A program made the translations under genes and the position numbers. From assembly GCA_965216875.1 (NCBI GenBank), contig OZ244207.1, positions 1,408,001 to 1,472,000 on the forward strand: a stretch of 64,000 nt of DNA, in the 5' to 3' direction. Under the pieces are notes generated by a model. That model was not told where the DNA came from. It did not search any database and saw only the letters and a list, made by a program, of their open reading frames with translations. This DNA comes from Rubripirellula sp. GTDB taxonomy: Bacteria > Planctomycetota > Planctomycetia > Pirellulales > Pirellulaceae. This document shows, piece by piece, positions 1-10,242 of the stretch; the first letter of the stretch is position 1; each line of letters opens with the position of its first letter.

Positions 1-2
1 GT

Positions 3-2681
3 GACTTTGGTTGCACCGGCCGGATCCCAGGTATAGTCCGACTCGTACCACCTGTATTCGTCACGGCCACCGTTTTGGTGATCGTCTTGATGCAGGATGT
101 AGAGCGTCGGTGTCCGGGTGATGCCGCCGTCAATCGTGTCAGCGTCGAGGTCGGGATCGAAAATGTCGGTTTCGATGGTACCGACACGGCCCGTGATGTT
201 GCCGTTGGCGTTGCGATCGACGGTGGTTTCATTGCTATACCAGTAAACCCAATCGTCCTGGCGACGTGCCGTGCCTGCGCCGAACCAAGGTTCAAGGTGC
301 GGGACGCCACCATTGTTGAGCCAGTCCCAGTAGGGAACGCCGCCAACCGTGCCCGGGTTTGCGCCGTCGGACCTGGTCACTTCGTATGTCCAATCATCGA
401 CATCGCTGTGTGCGGCCCAGTGGTAGTAGTTGTCTGCCGAACGAGTCCAGAAGCCGTCTGCTTCACCTTCTTCGTCGATGACTTCGGTTGTCCCACCGTT
501 GGAATGGTAAGTGGTGACCTCGTCAAAGATGAATCGGTAGTAGTCCTCCAGGTCTTCGGCCCAAAAATCCTTTTGGGTTTGGTCGTCGATGGTGTAGTTC
601 ACGGTCGAACCTGATCCGGTCATGTCGAGATCACCATCCATCTCGAGACGCCTGAGCAACCAAGCGTCGCCATCTTCGGTGAAGTCACCCGTTCGACCCG
701 TTTCAATTCCTGACGTCGTCAAGGTCTGTGTCGTTTGGTCGTCGTAAGTGCTGCCGACGCGCATTGTCACATCGACGATCACTTCGGGAGCAATGTGGAC
801 GTTCGGATCGGAATGGTCGCGTGTTTCTTCGTAGAAGTAGATGTCACGAATCAAACCGTTGCCGGTATCTCGGTGTTCGTGCCAATCGAGATAGTGGCGT
901 CCCTCGGTCCAGTAGTCACCGTCGACCGTTCCTTGTGTGTCGTTGATGACGGTGGTTGATCCTGAGGCGTAAGTGATTTGCCGATCAAAAGTCTCCGTAA
1001 AGGTCATGTCGGCTTCTTCGTCCCAGTACTCATCGCGCACCGCCGTGTCGTAGGTGTTCGATGTTTGGTCGTCCATCCGGTCGTGGTAGTCGAGGTGACC
1101 GGTATGGTCCATCACGTACGTGCTATCGTCATCGCCCCATTCGTGGCGGGTGCCGATCTTGTCCTCGCCGTTACCGCCTCCATTGGGAACGAGTTCACCG
1201 CTGCCGGTGTAATCGAGCGTGCTCGGATTGGTCGGCGCAACGGTGAGCAGCTCGTCGAGAGTCGAGTACTCGTAAAGGTCAATGAAGGATGACTCCACGC
1301 CCGTGACATCGATGTCCCAAGTCGTTGTGATGATGTTGTCGAAGTAGCCGTGCCAGGAAAGGCTTCCGCTTTCGGTGTAGGTCTTGTTGGTGCTACCGCC
1401 ACCACCTCCACCGCCGCCATAGCCTCCACCATATCCGCCGCCACCACCACCGTACGGGTCGCCGGCTGGCATGGTGATGTCGATCAAGTCATTTTGGGTA
1501 CGCGTTGCCGTGGCGAAGTAGTCGTAGGTGTGGACCTCGGTTTCGAATGGCAGCGTGTGTGGGTCAAAGTTTTCGTCAAACGTGTCGGTGTAACCGTCGG
1601 CGTAGGTGTCTTCAAAACTGTAGTGATCGACGTCCGACCCTGAGCCATCGCTCTCAAACCGGAACGTGTAGTTGCCCGACTGAACGAGGTCACGATCGAT
1701 CAGGCCCGGTTCGGTCAGTGGTGGCGGCGTCGCGGTGGCAAGCGCGGCATCAAAGAGACCGCCCGAATAGGGATCCCAATAAGGATGTTCAGGGCCGTAG
1801 CCGTTGGCGGGATCCGCGGGAACGTAGCCGTAAGGCTCAAACGCAAAGTCCCACTCCGTTGTGATGTTAAATCCGGTCAACACAAGTTCTTCGGAGTAAT
1901 CCCAATCGCTTCCGGTCGTTGTGTAAGTGACCGTCAACGTCCAGGGGAGCGTGTAAGTAATCGTTTTTCCGGTGGCAACGTTATCCACAACGCTGACGGT
2001 CCCGGAGGTGACTGTGGTGCCTGTCGAGCCACTTGGCACGAACTGGTCGGGATAATCGCCCCAACCTTCAATTTGTGGGAAGTGATCTTTGATGTCTTCG
2101 GGATCGAAGAACCATTCCGTCAAATCGTAGTCATCGGCCATTCGGCCATACGACTCAGGAAACGGCACATCAATGGGCTCTGTCGGTTCGTACGTACCGA
2201 TTGGGTCCATGCCGTCGCGCGCATAATGGCCAACGGGAGTCTGATACGCGGGCGATGGCGTGTCGGGCCACTGTGAGCTCGATCCCCACCCCCACGAATA
2301 ATAGGCGCCGGCTTGCGGGCCGTAATCAAGGTCCAGTGTGTCCAAGTCGGGAATCCGAGCGGTGTAATCCCAACCTTCAGGAAGTTGGTCCGTATCGGGT
2401 GTCAGCTCGTTTCCGCGGTTGTCTTCGATTTCGCGAAAATGCTTCGCGTAATCACTGTTGTTGAAGAAGTCGCGGTCATATTGCACATGCTCGTGCAACT
2501 CATAACCGCGTTCCAAATCGATGTGGTTGACTTCCGATCCGACCGGATTGTAGGGAATGCCTTCGGCACTCAATACTCGGCGGTTTTCCAGGACTTGAAC
2601 CGTCAGGTTCCTGCGCCGTTTCCTGCGATGCAAAGCGGAGAGCTTTGAAGAATGACGGCTACCACGATCACTTCCACGCAT
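3..2681 (-). CDS. Large exported acidic protein with planctomycete extracellular (LEPRxLL-type) N-terminal motif; partial, runs off the window start
   Basis: Not in the ORF track. Manual translation from ATG at 2681 gives MRGSDRGSRHSSKLSALHRRKRRRNLTVQVLENRRVLSAEG..., with no stop seen down to position 3 (~893 aa). Rich in D/T/G/Y/W, with a Gly tract GGGGGGYGGGYGGGGGGGGS at ~1395-1452. Confidence 0.88.
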   Translation of the reverse strand, partial: MRGSDRGSRHSSKLSALHRRKRRRNLTVQVLENRRVLSAEGIPYNPVGSEVNHIDLERGYELHEHVQYDRDFFNNSDYAKHFREIEDNRGNELTPDTDQLPEGWDYTARIPDLDTLDLDYGPQAGAYYSWGWGSSSQWPDTPSPAYQTPVGHYARDGMDPIGTYEPTEPIDVPFPESYGRMADDYDLTEWFFDPEDIKDHFPQIEGWGDYPDQFVPSGSTGTTVTSGTVSVVDNVATGKTITYTLPWTLTVTYTTTGSDWDYSEELVLTGFNITTEWDFAFEPYGYVPADPANGYGPEHPYWDPYSGGLFDAALATATPPPLTEPGLIDRDLVQSGNYTFRFESDGSGSDVDHYSFEDTYADGYTDTFDENFDPHTLPFETEVHTYDYFATATRTQNDLIDITMPAGDPYGGGGGGYGGGYGGGGGGGGSTNKTYTESGSLSWHGYFDNIITTTWDIDVTGVESSFIDLYEYSTLDELLTVAPTNPSTLDYTGSGELVPNGGGNGEDKIGTRHEWGDDDSTYVMDHTGHLDYHDRMDDQTSNTYDTAVRDEYWDEEADMTFTETFDRQITYASGSTTVINDTQGTVDGDYWTEGRHYLDWHEHRDTGNGLIRDIYFYEETRDHSDPNVHIAPEVIVDVTMRVGSTYDDQTTQTLTTSGIETGRTGDFTEDGDAWLLRRLEMDGDLDMTGSGSTVNYTIDDQTQKDFWAEDLEDYYRFIFDEVTTYHSNGGTTEVIDEEGEADGFWTRSADNYYHWAAHSDVDDWTYEVTRSDGANPGTVGGVPYWDWLNNGGVPHLEPWFGAGTARRQDDWVYWYSNETTVDRNANGNITGRVGTIETDIFDPDLDADTIDGGITRTPTLYILHQDDHQNGGRDEYRWYESDYTWDPAGATKV

Positions 2682-2873
2682 GACAAATGCCCCTTGTCAT
2701 TGGAGAGAACAGATGGAGAGGAGAAGTTGGTTTGATGCAACGGACGTCGCAAGTCGGACAACCAACTCCGATTAGCTTGGGTGAGTTATTGCGTACCTAG
2801 CAGGGTGCGTCAAGAAAATTGTTTTGTGATTTGCAAATCCAATAGGTTTGCATTCGGACGCCGCGAAGCCCTG

Positions 2874-4073
2874 TTATGCAATTTCGAGCATGGACATCAT
2901 GTCTGATATAGCGCGTTGTTTGCTTTCGCCAAGGAAGCTGAGATACCGCTTCGAGAAATTGGCAGCCGTTTTACGTGCCGCATCGCTAAGTGCACGCTGA
3001 ACAGCGTCTTCAACTCGGTCCATCGTTTGCGGGAAAATGGAAAGAGCCAGTCGGTGTTGATGCATACAGTGAGCGTGCACACGTTGCTCGAGAAATAAAG
3101 GGAAACCAATCACTGGGATACCCAGCGACAACATTCGAATACTCATGCCATGATTGCTATTGGTCAAAGCAAACGAGCATTCTCTTGCTGCCATAGACAG
3201 ATCGACTGAACCCTTTTGAAGTAATACTCTTGGGCCAAGTTCATGAACCCAATGCGAGGGGATGCCGTCCGCAACCAGGGCAACGTTGCATTGCATTGCA
3301 GCAAGCCGCGCGAGCACCTGCCTAAGTGCCGGAAAGGGTTTCAGGTAGGCGATCACTTTGGGACCTGGCTGCTCTGGCCAGACCGGGGCCAGACCACCAC
3401 CCGTTTCAATGGTTCCCAAGTAGTTTGGTGTCGCACGAAGGAGCTGGTTGCGCGCAACTGCATAAGGATCGAGCTCAGGGACCGTTGCCAACAGGGTCTT
3501 ACCAGACTCTCCGATGGCTTCGGCAAAGCTCGTTAGCTCATTGACACCCCAGTGGCGAATGGAGGCGTTGATCATCGCAAGCACCTCCGCTTCTTTCGAC
3601 GGACTGGACGACGAGTCTGACGGCGCGTGATGGGCTAGCTGCGTAAGCGGCGTGGTTTCGGGTGGACATTCGAAGCCGGTTCCGATTCGCAGCCGACGAA
3701 GTCCCAGGGTCTTCGCGGCAATTGATGCGGCGAGTCCATAGTCGCTCACCACCGCATCGATCGACTCTTGCTGCAGTATGTGGCGATAGGCGGCGACGAG
3801 TCCATGGACACGCCCCGGTGTGTCGTAGCCAAGATTCCAAGCAAGTTCGGCAATGGTAGGTGGGGATTGGATGACGGCCGCAACGGTCGCTGTCAGAGTT
3901 GGCGATTGATAAATCGCGTCCGCCTGATCGCCAAAGATCGAGTGAACATTCGAAAGGTCGCGCGATGCGACGACAACGCGGTGTCCTTTCTTGCGCAGGT
4001 GTTCGGCCAGCGGGCGAAAACGCAGGAGATGGGAGACACCGGCGCCCCATTCCCACGCAAAAAGAACGTTCAT
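2874..4073 (-). CDS. GT-B fold glycosyltransferase (GT1/GT28-like)
   Basis: N-terminal VLFAWEWGAGVSHLLR...GHRVVVA motif and C-terminal TNSNHG...GIPVIGFPLFLEQ sugar-nucleotide-binding segment. ATG at 4073 preferred over the track start at 4130. Confidence 0.8.
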   Translation of the reverse strand: MNVLFAWEWGAGVSHLLRFRPLAEHLRKKGHRVVVASRDLSNVHSIFGDQADAIYQSPTLTATVAAVIQSPPTIAELAWNLGYDTPGRVHGLVAAYRHILQQESIDAVVSDYGLAASIAAKTLGLRRLRIGTGFECPPETTPLTQLAHHAPSDSSSSPSKEAEVLAMINASIRHWGVNELTSFAEAIGESGKTLLATVPELDPYAVARNQLLRATPNYLGTIETGGGLAPVWPEQPGPKVIAYLKPFPALRQVLARLAAMQCNVALVADGIPSHWVHELGPRVLLQKGSVDLSMAARECSFALTNSNHGMSIRMLSLGIPVIGFPLFLEQRVHAHCMHQHRLALSIFPQTMDRVEDAVQRALSDAARKTAANFSKRYLSFLGESKQRAISDMMSMLEIA

Positions 4074-4190
4074 CGAGCGGTTTGCCCCAAAGCTTGTTGC
4101 CAGAACCTGGTTGGATGCCACGCCAATCATCAGTGTCGGCGCGTTTCAAAACGCAACAGCACAATCCACGCACACGCGGGTGCTCAACTG

Positions 4191-4616
4191 TTATGCGCTA
4201 TTTCGAACACCCAATCGATAGGGTTCCGAGTCGCGTCGGTGGATTTCCACCAAGTAGCCCTCTTCGAGCAGGCCCGCGAGAAGCGCTTGGGCAATTTCGC
4301 CTTCCATCGCATGTTGCTTGACTTCCGCGACACGAATTGCCGGCTGTCCATTCTGATCGCGAATGCCGTGAACGAGCAGTCCGCAACTGTCCGGCCGCAT
4401 CACTTCACCGCCCGGCCGCTTTCCCCAGCCATCGGAAAGGTACATGCATTCAAAGCGACGGCAGACGTCGGGACGTGCCTCGTATTGGCCACAGCCATAT
4501 TCGGCCAAGTGCACACAGTTCTCGTACTGGGACTTTCCCAGCTCGTCGATTGCCATGACGAGACAACACGCGGTGCAGCTGCCACATTGATTGAAGATTG
4601 GCAATGAACGGTTCAT
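4191..4616 (-). CDS. CxxCxxCC cysteine-cluster protein (YkgJ/FliB-like)
   Basis: CGSCTACC...CVHL...GCGQYEARPDVCRRFEC pattern. Confidence 0.75.
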   Translation of the reverse strand: MNRSLPIFNQCGSCTACCLVMAIDELGKSQYENCVHLAEYGCGQYEARPDVCRRFECMYLSDGWGKRPGGEVMRPDSCGLLVHGIRDQNGQPAIRVAEVKQHAMEGEIAQALLAGLLEEGYLVEIHRRDSEPYRLGVRNSA

Positions 4617-4707
4617 GTTGAAGTGCCCACTTCCGCATTACTGTTGATAGGAGACGCGGCATTGTGACAATCATTGCCTCTTGGCGACAGTGCAATGTTC
4701 TTGCGTG

Positions 4708-7700
4708 TTATTTGAGCGACATCAAGTACATCAAAAGTTCGATGCGTTCGCGGTCGCTCAGCTGCTTCAGCAATTCCTCGGGCATGAACGAATTTTTCGA
4801 GACCATCACTCGATCAATCTCCTCTTTTGCGATCGTTTCGGTCGCCGTCGCAGTACGGATGGTCATGGCGCTTTCATTTTCGCTCAGGATGACGCCTGTG
4901 ACGACGAGGCCATCAAACGTCAAAATGTTACGAGCCTGGAAGTCTTTTCCAATCACGGCATTCGGATCGATGATGTTCTCGACGATGTACTCGATGCCCT
5001 TTGCGCCGCTGCCTTCGAGCTTCGGCCCGATTCGATTTGCAGCTTCGGTCGGTGCGTGGCAATTGGCGCACAGCTTTTTGAAGTGTGCGGCACCTGCGTT
5101 GCGGTTGTAGGCCCATAGCGGAGCAGACTGGTACTTCCCAACCAACTCCGCGATCGCCGCTTTGGCTTGCGCATTGGTTTGGCCGATTTCACCCCACTGC
5201 GTGGCGAGCCTCGCATCAACATCGTCATCACCGAGGCTGGCCATCTGTCGCGCATAGTATCCAGTGAGTTTGCTCTCATCGGCAGCGTCATCAGCGAGTG
5301 CGTCGAGCAGTTGAAGCGACCATAACGCGCGACTGCAAAGCGTTTCCATGGCCGCGTCGCTCGCTGGTTGTGAAAAGTTCGGAAGCCTATCCACGATGGC
5401 GCTCCCAATCTCGTCAGCTTGGTAGTTCTTGAGTTGTCGAATGGCTTGAACTTGCAAGTTGGGATCGTCGATAAGCGGCAGCAAGGCGGCGACATTTGCT
5501 TGGTCACGGTCATTGGCCAGTACCGAGAGGGCGTGTTGTTTCTGCTTGATCGTTGATTCACGGTTTCCGAGTACGGCTCGCATCCGGTCCATCAACCGCG
5601 CGTCGCCGAACGAAGCCCCAATCGTTTCAGCGGCAGCACGGGTGGTGGCATCGGCGTAGAGGCTTGCGGCGATGGTTGACCAGTTTTCGGGTGGCTGAAT
5701 GCCACGTTGGTTGGCAACGGCATCGGCGAGCAGCTGAGCCAACTGGTTGCGTTTTGTTCCCTTTGCTGCGTCGATCCGTGCGACAAGTCGCTGGCGGCCG
5801 CGATCGGAAACCTGGGCGGCGTACCAAAGGAGGTTGTGTCGAAGCGAAGGTATTGGTGTCTTCTCGGAGAGTCTTAGCCCCCGTTCGAGGTCCGATTCGA
5901 GCAACTGTGCGAGCGAGTGCCAGAGCAACTTGGGAAGATTGCGGTCCTCTTCGATCGTGGGTGAAGCCGCCAAGGTCTCCGTCACCATCCAGGCCGACTC
6001 TTGAGGGAGGTGCGGGATCGCGGATGCCAAACAGGTTTGAACAAAGAGCGATTTTTCGTCCCGTGCGATCTGAGTGATCAAGCGGTTTGCATTTAGCGAT
6101 GGCTCGTCGTTGGAAAGGAGTTGTACTAACCAACCTCGAACATATTCACTCGAGTCGGACGCGAGTCTTGATGCCAAGTTGTCGCCCATTGCGCCGATCG
6201 CGTGCAGCGTCCACATTGCACGAAGTCGTCGAGTTTCATCGTCATGTTCGATGGCCAGTTTGGAAAGTTGGTCAATGACTTCGTGAAGGTCGGCGCCCGT
6301 GCTCGCGCGCTCGGCCAACACCAATCGAGCGGTTCGGACATGCCAATCGTTTGTGTGCAGATGGGCGTCGACAAGCTCCTGGGTCGATGCGTTCCAATAA
6401 TCGACGGTCGATGGCGAGTATCCATCATATTGGATTCGATAAAGACGCCCGTTTCCTCGTTGCCACTGTTCGGTGTGTGGGCTGTGGCAATGCCGTGTGT
6501 CGTACCAGTCGCTTACGTAGACCGCGCCGTCGGGGCCATATTGAAGGTCCACGCCGATGTAGCTCGGATCACTGCAGTAAAAGACGTCGACGCCTGAATG
6601 AACAGTGTTGTAGCCGCCGCCGGCACGCACGTTGACTTGATGGTTGATGCGGTGGCCGTGCAGGTTGTGGGTGAAGAGATGGTCGCGCAGCGAACTGGGC
6701 CAGTTGTCGCCGAGGTAAATCATCGTGCCAACATGTGAGTGGCCGCCATAAAGGGCGCGCGAGCCGCGTTTGCCTGCTCCGCCTTCGCCATGGCCGTACC
6801 GCGCCGAAGCGAGCAAGTAGTTTTTCATCGATGCGATGCCAGCGATTGGCCGCGACGAAATGAAGCGAGCGTAGTTGCTGTTGGTCTGGTTCCAATAATG
6901 ACCGCCACGCAAGACGTGTGTTGTTGGTCCCCCACCAAAGTGGCTCCGACAATGTGTCATGAAGCATTGGCCTCGATCGTCAAAGTCCAAGCCCCATTGG
7001 TTGCTGCCGCCGTGTGCGAAAACTTCAAAGACATGTTTGGTTGGATGGTAACGCCAAACACCGGCTGCGAATTCAGTGCGATTCGAGTCAACCGCCCCCG
7101 GTTTGCCGACATTGGATCGATTGAAGACGCCTTGGTTGCCATAGAGCCATCCGTCCGGGCCCCAGATGAAACTGTTCAACGTTTCGTGCGTGTCGGCATA
7201 GCCGAACCCATCAAGCAGGACCACAGGGTCGGAATCGGGAACGTCATCGCGATTGCGGTCGGGGATGAACAGTAAGTCGGGTGCCGCACCGACCCAAACG
7301 CCGCCGTGGCCGACCTGCAATCCGCTGACAAGGTTAAGGCCTTCGGCGAAGACTTTGCGCGACTCAAAGGATCCATCGCCATCCTTGTCGGCAAAGATCA
7401 GGATGCGATCGATCCCCTCGCCAACAGGTCGTTTGGTGGGATAGCAGTGACCTTCGACAACCCAAAGACGCCCCTTTGGATCAAAACAGAAAGCCATCGG
7501 TTGAAAAACGTCCGGTTCGGCTGCGATGGTGTCTACCGAAAAACCCTCGGGCAGGTGCATTCGTCGTAGCGTTTCCGAGGCCGCGGATTCGTCGGCGACC
7601 GCTTTGTTCTCTTTGAGGGTATGCAGCAGCGGATGGTGAGTCGGATCGTCCGCTTCGGCGCCAGGGAAACGCGGCCGCGTCTTGTGAACGCGAAAGTCAT

Positions 7701-8955
7701 CAAAATTCAGGTGCCCCCAACCTCCTGACGATTCGTCAACGAGCCGCACAAACACCTCTTTGCCTACATGATCGCTCAGGTCGACGATGACCCGGCGCAT
7801 TTGTTCGCGGCGGTCGCCAACCGCCGTGCCGATCACCTTCTCTGCGCCCGACGCGTCAACCGTTAAGACATCGACGCGGGTCGATGGTTGATTCCCTCCC
7901 GCGATCAAAAAGCTTGCGAAGGGATGCTGCAACTTGAATTTGGCGGAAGTCAGTGTGCCCTGCGCCTGGTCGCTCTTTGAAATTTCATAGCCACCGATGA
8001 AGAATCGGCCTTGCTTGCCGCTCTCTTGGCCACGCCAGCGGCTCGCGATCGTATCACTCTCTACCGGCTGGCCTTGAAAGGCCTTGCCCGTTGGCGTCCA
8101 GCCCGAGAGGTCACCCTTTTCGAACCCAAAGTTGATTTCGTTGCCCTGGCTGTCTTGCGGGAAAACGCCGATCGCTGAAGTGGTTTGCTCGGGCTCCTGC
8201 TCCTCGCGGAATGAAAGCTGTTTCAGTCGAGTGTCATCGGCACCGAGGGGTTCAATCGTGATGTTGCGAAAGGCGACACGCGTTTCGGGGCCACTGTGCA
8301 GCTGAAAGGCGAGCGCCCCTTCCGCGTCGGCTTGTCCCGTTTGCCGGTCGTCAAGTTCAGCGAAGAGTGTGCCATTAACAAAGACAGAAACTCGCGAGCC
8401 GACGGCGACGATCCGATAGTCGTTCCATTCGTTTTCGCGAAAGATTGCCGCGAAGGCTTGGGGCTTTGCGTAAGCTTCCGCTGAGCGTTTGCCCGCGGCG
8501 TCGATCTTGACTCGGCTACCGCGCTCGACCAGGAGGGCTCGTCCATGTTCGTCATAGATTCGCCCAAGCCAAACGGCACCCATGTCGAGGTCGGCTTGGT
8601 AACCGGAAACATGGCGCGGGTTGTCGGCTTGGCAACGAAACTGAATGCCTGAGTTTGCCGCTGCGGCACCTTCAAGCTTGCACTGAAGTCGCAAGTCAAA
8701 GTCGCGCAGCGTCTCGCCGCGCCAGATCATCCAACTGTTGTGGTCGAGCCGCTCGCCCTTGGGAATTTCACCAACGATCGAGCCCTCTTCGACACGCCAA
8801 AGATCCGCTTCGTATTCCCAGCCCTCAAGTGATTTCCCATCGAACGGTTCGGTCGCGTGGGCGTGTTGCGTGACCGCCTGAGCATCTGAGATGCCAACAA
8901 AACAGTAAGCCAGAACGACAAAGACGAAGGAACGGCACACGATAGCGGCTCGCAA
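4708..8955 (-). CDS. PVC-type heme-binding membrane dehydrogenase-like protein with N-terminal DUF1080 domain, beta-propeller, HEAT-like repeats and C-terminal cytochrome c
   Basis: Signal peptide; NSGIQFR/GYQAD/WNDYRI (DUF1080); LPEGFSVDTIAAEP...FDPKGRLWVVE; WGPDGWLYG; CANCH...IGPKL...NIIDPNAVI...SFMPE. Confidence 0.88.
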   Translation of the reverse strand: MRAAIVCRSFVFVVLAYCFVGISDAQAVTQHAHATEPFDGKSLEGWEYEADLWRVEEGSIVGEIPKGERLDHNSWMIWRGETLRDFDLRLQCKLEGAAAANSGIQFRCQADNPRHVSGYQADLDMGAVWLGRIYDEHGRALLVERGSRVKIDAAGKRSAEAYAKPQAFAAIFRENEWNDYRIVAVGSRVSVFVNGTLFAELDDRQTGQADAEGALAFQLHSGPETRVAFRNITIEPLGADDTRLKQLSFREEQEPEQTTSAIGVFPQDSQGNEINFGFEKGDLSGWTPTGKAFQGQPVESDTIASRWRGQESGKQGRFFIGGYEISKSDQAQGTLTSAKFKLQHPFASFLIAGGNQPSTRVDVLTVDASGAEKVIGTAVGDRREQMRRVIVDLSDHVGKEVFVRLVDESSGGWGHLNFDDFRVHKTRPRFPGAEADDPTHHPLLHTLKENKAVADESAASETLRRMHLPEGFSVDTIAAEPDVFQPMAFCFDPKGRLWVVEGHCYPTKRPVGEGIDRILIFADKDGDGSFESRKVFAEGLNLVSGLQVGHGGVWVGAAPDLLFIPDRNRDDVPDSDPVVLLDGFGYADTHETLNSFIWGPDGWLYGNQGVFNRSNVGKPGAVDSNRTEFAAGVWRYHPTKHVFEVFAHGGSNQWGLDFDDRGQCFMTHCRSHFGGGPTTHVLRGGHYWNQTNSNYARFISSRPIAGIASMKNYLLASARYGHGEGGAGKRGSRALYGGHSHVGTMIYLGDNWPSSLRDHLFTHNLHGHRINHQVNVRAGGGYNTVHSGVDVFYCSDPSYIGVDLQYGPDGAVYVSDWYDTRHCHSPHTEQWQRGNGRLYRIQYDGYSPSTVDYWNASTQELVDAHLHTNDWHVRTARLVLAERASTGADLHEVIDQLSKLAIEHDDETRRLRAMWTLHAIGAMGDNLASRLASDSSEYVRGWLVQLLSNDEPSLNANRLITQIARDEKSLFVQTCLASAIPHLPQESAWMVTETLAASPTIEEDRNLPKLLWHSLAQLLESDLERGLRLSEKTPIPSLRHNLLWYAAQVSDRGRQRLVARIDAAKGTKRNQLAQLLADAVANQRGIQPPENWSTIAASLYADATTRAAAETIGASFGDARLMDRMRAVLGNRESTIKQKQHALSVLANDRDQANVAALLPLIDDPNLQVQAIRQLKNYQADEIGSAIVDRLPNFSQPASDAAMETLCSRALWSLQLLDALADDAADESKLTGYYARQMASLGDDDVDARLATQWGEIGQTNAQAKAAIAELVGKYQSAPLWAYNRNAGAAHFKKLCANCHAPTEAANRIGPKLEGSGAKGIEYIVENIIDPNAVIGKDFQARNILTFDGLVVTGVILSENESAMTIRTATATETIAKEEIDRVMVSKNSFMPEELLKQLSDRERIELLMYLMSLK

Positions 8956-9090
8956 GTGGGATAGATCGATGGGTGAAGTAGACCAAGGCGGGAGCTACCA
9001 TTCTGACGTCCAATCCCAACCAAACCCATGATATTCTGCGCCATCCCCTTGAGATATTTTCCCTCTCCTTCGGTCGCATCTGGGATAGTG

Positions 9091-9133
9091 GGCAAGAAAG
9101 TGAGGCAAAAAAATGGAGGGCAAAAAGATGGGG
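9091..9133 (+). repeat. Short tandem GGCA-A-rich array (left arm flanking the GxxExxY gene)
   Basis: GGCAAGAAAGTGA / GGCAAAAAAATGGAG / GGCAAAAAGATGGGG. Confidence 0.7.
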
Positions 9134-9240
9134 AAGTGAAGCACCAGGCAAAGCAAACGTGTCGTTTGAGGGCAAGTGCAGGCGGCCGCGTTGTTCTCCG
9201 TTCGCCATTGTGTTTTTGAACTGCGCAAGTGGGGTATGAA

Positions 9241-10038
9241 ATGCCAGTTGAAACTAGCGTTCCAGTACGAGAATTCTCCCAACTCGAGTTTGGTTCAGTG
9301 GCTTACGAGGTGGTGGCGCATGCGTTCGACGTACACCGCCGTTACGGGAGCATGTTCGATGAAGCTGTCTACAGGAAAGGACTTTTGCATTTGCTTGATG
9401 GACGCGCGATTGGCGAGGTTAGGGTCGAGCTGTCACACCGAGACTTTAGGAAGGACTACTTCTTGGATCTGTTGGTAGATTCGGGTTGCCCTTTCGAATT
9501 GAAGGTCGCAGAGCGCATTCATGCAACACACCGCAAGCAACTGATTCAGTACTTGATGCTCACAGATCTGCGCCACGGGAAGCTGATCAATTTTGGAGCG
9601 GGTCGAGTGGAACATGAGTTTGTCAACTGCCACATGACCCTTGAAGATCGTAGGCGGTTCACCGTTGAAAGAGATTCTCATCTCTGCTCCCCGTCTACTC
9701 CATTCGATTCGTTTCAACAATCCTTGCTTGAGCTACTGCGGGATTGGGGAACAGGTTTGGAGCGTTGTCTGTATTTGGAAGCAATGACCTTCTTCCTAGG
9801 AGGAAGAGATTCTGTGCGTCATAAGGTTGCGACGCTTTGGCATGATAAGACGATTGGTGAACAAACGGCAAACTTGCTGGCCCCTGGTGTTGCATTCGAA
9901 ATCAGCTGTTTGCAGAAGGGAGTTGACTGCTACGAAAAGGGGTTGCGTCAGTTCCTGTCGAGTACGACCCTTGACCAAATCCTTTGGGCGAACGTTGTAC
10001 CTGGGAACGTGCGCTTTCGGCTTTTGCATCCCCATTGA
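9241..10038 (+). CDS. GxxExxY protein with two tandem domains (PD-(D/E)xK nuclease-like)
   Basis: VHRRYGSMFDEAVY...DLLVD...ELKV...HRKQLIQYL...GKLINFG, then a degenerate second copy (WGTGLERCLY...EISCL). ATG at 9241. Confidence 0.85.
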   Translation: MPVETSVPVREFSQLEFGSVAYEVVAHAFDVHRRYGSMFDEAVYRKGLLHLLDGRAIGEVRVELSHRDFRKDYFLDLLVDSGCPFELKVAERIHATHRKQLIQYLMLTDLRHGKLINFGAGRVEHEFVNCHMTLEDRRRFTVERDSHLCSPSTPFDSFQQSLLELLRDWGTGLERCLYLEAMTFFLGGRDSVRHKVATLWHDKTIGEQTANLLAPGVAFEISCLQKGVDCYEKGLRQFLSSTTLDQILWANVVPGNVRFRLLHPH

Positions 10039-10067
10039 TTACCATTCGCTATGTTCAGCATCGTGGA

Positions 10068-10096
10068 TTTCTTTTTCTGCCAATCATTTTTCTGCC
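10068..10096 (-). repeat. Inverted copy of the GGCA-A-rich array (right arm flanking the GxxExxY gene)
   Basis: The minus strand reads GGCAGAAAAATGATT GGCAGAAAAAGAAA, matching the left-arm unit and its 15-nt period. Confidence 0.7.
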
Positions 10097-10242
10097 TTTT
10101 CTTTCTTTTGCTTCCCTCAAAACGCGTGCATAGGCCTACGGGCCGCGTGATCGCCATGTGAATCTGGGAGCAGAATGAAACGAGCGTCCTAAAAGTCGGC
10201 TCAAGACAGGCAATAAGCAGTCCAATCAAGACATGGGAGCTT

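Noticed and set aside
1981..1989. Perfect DnaA box TTATCCACA
   Set aside because: Single copy inside a coding region (V-D-N codons); compatible with chance.
75..2648. Series of plus-strand ORFs in the track
   Set aside because: They are antisense shadows of the long open minus-strand gene <3..2681.
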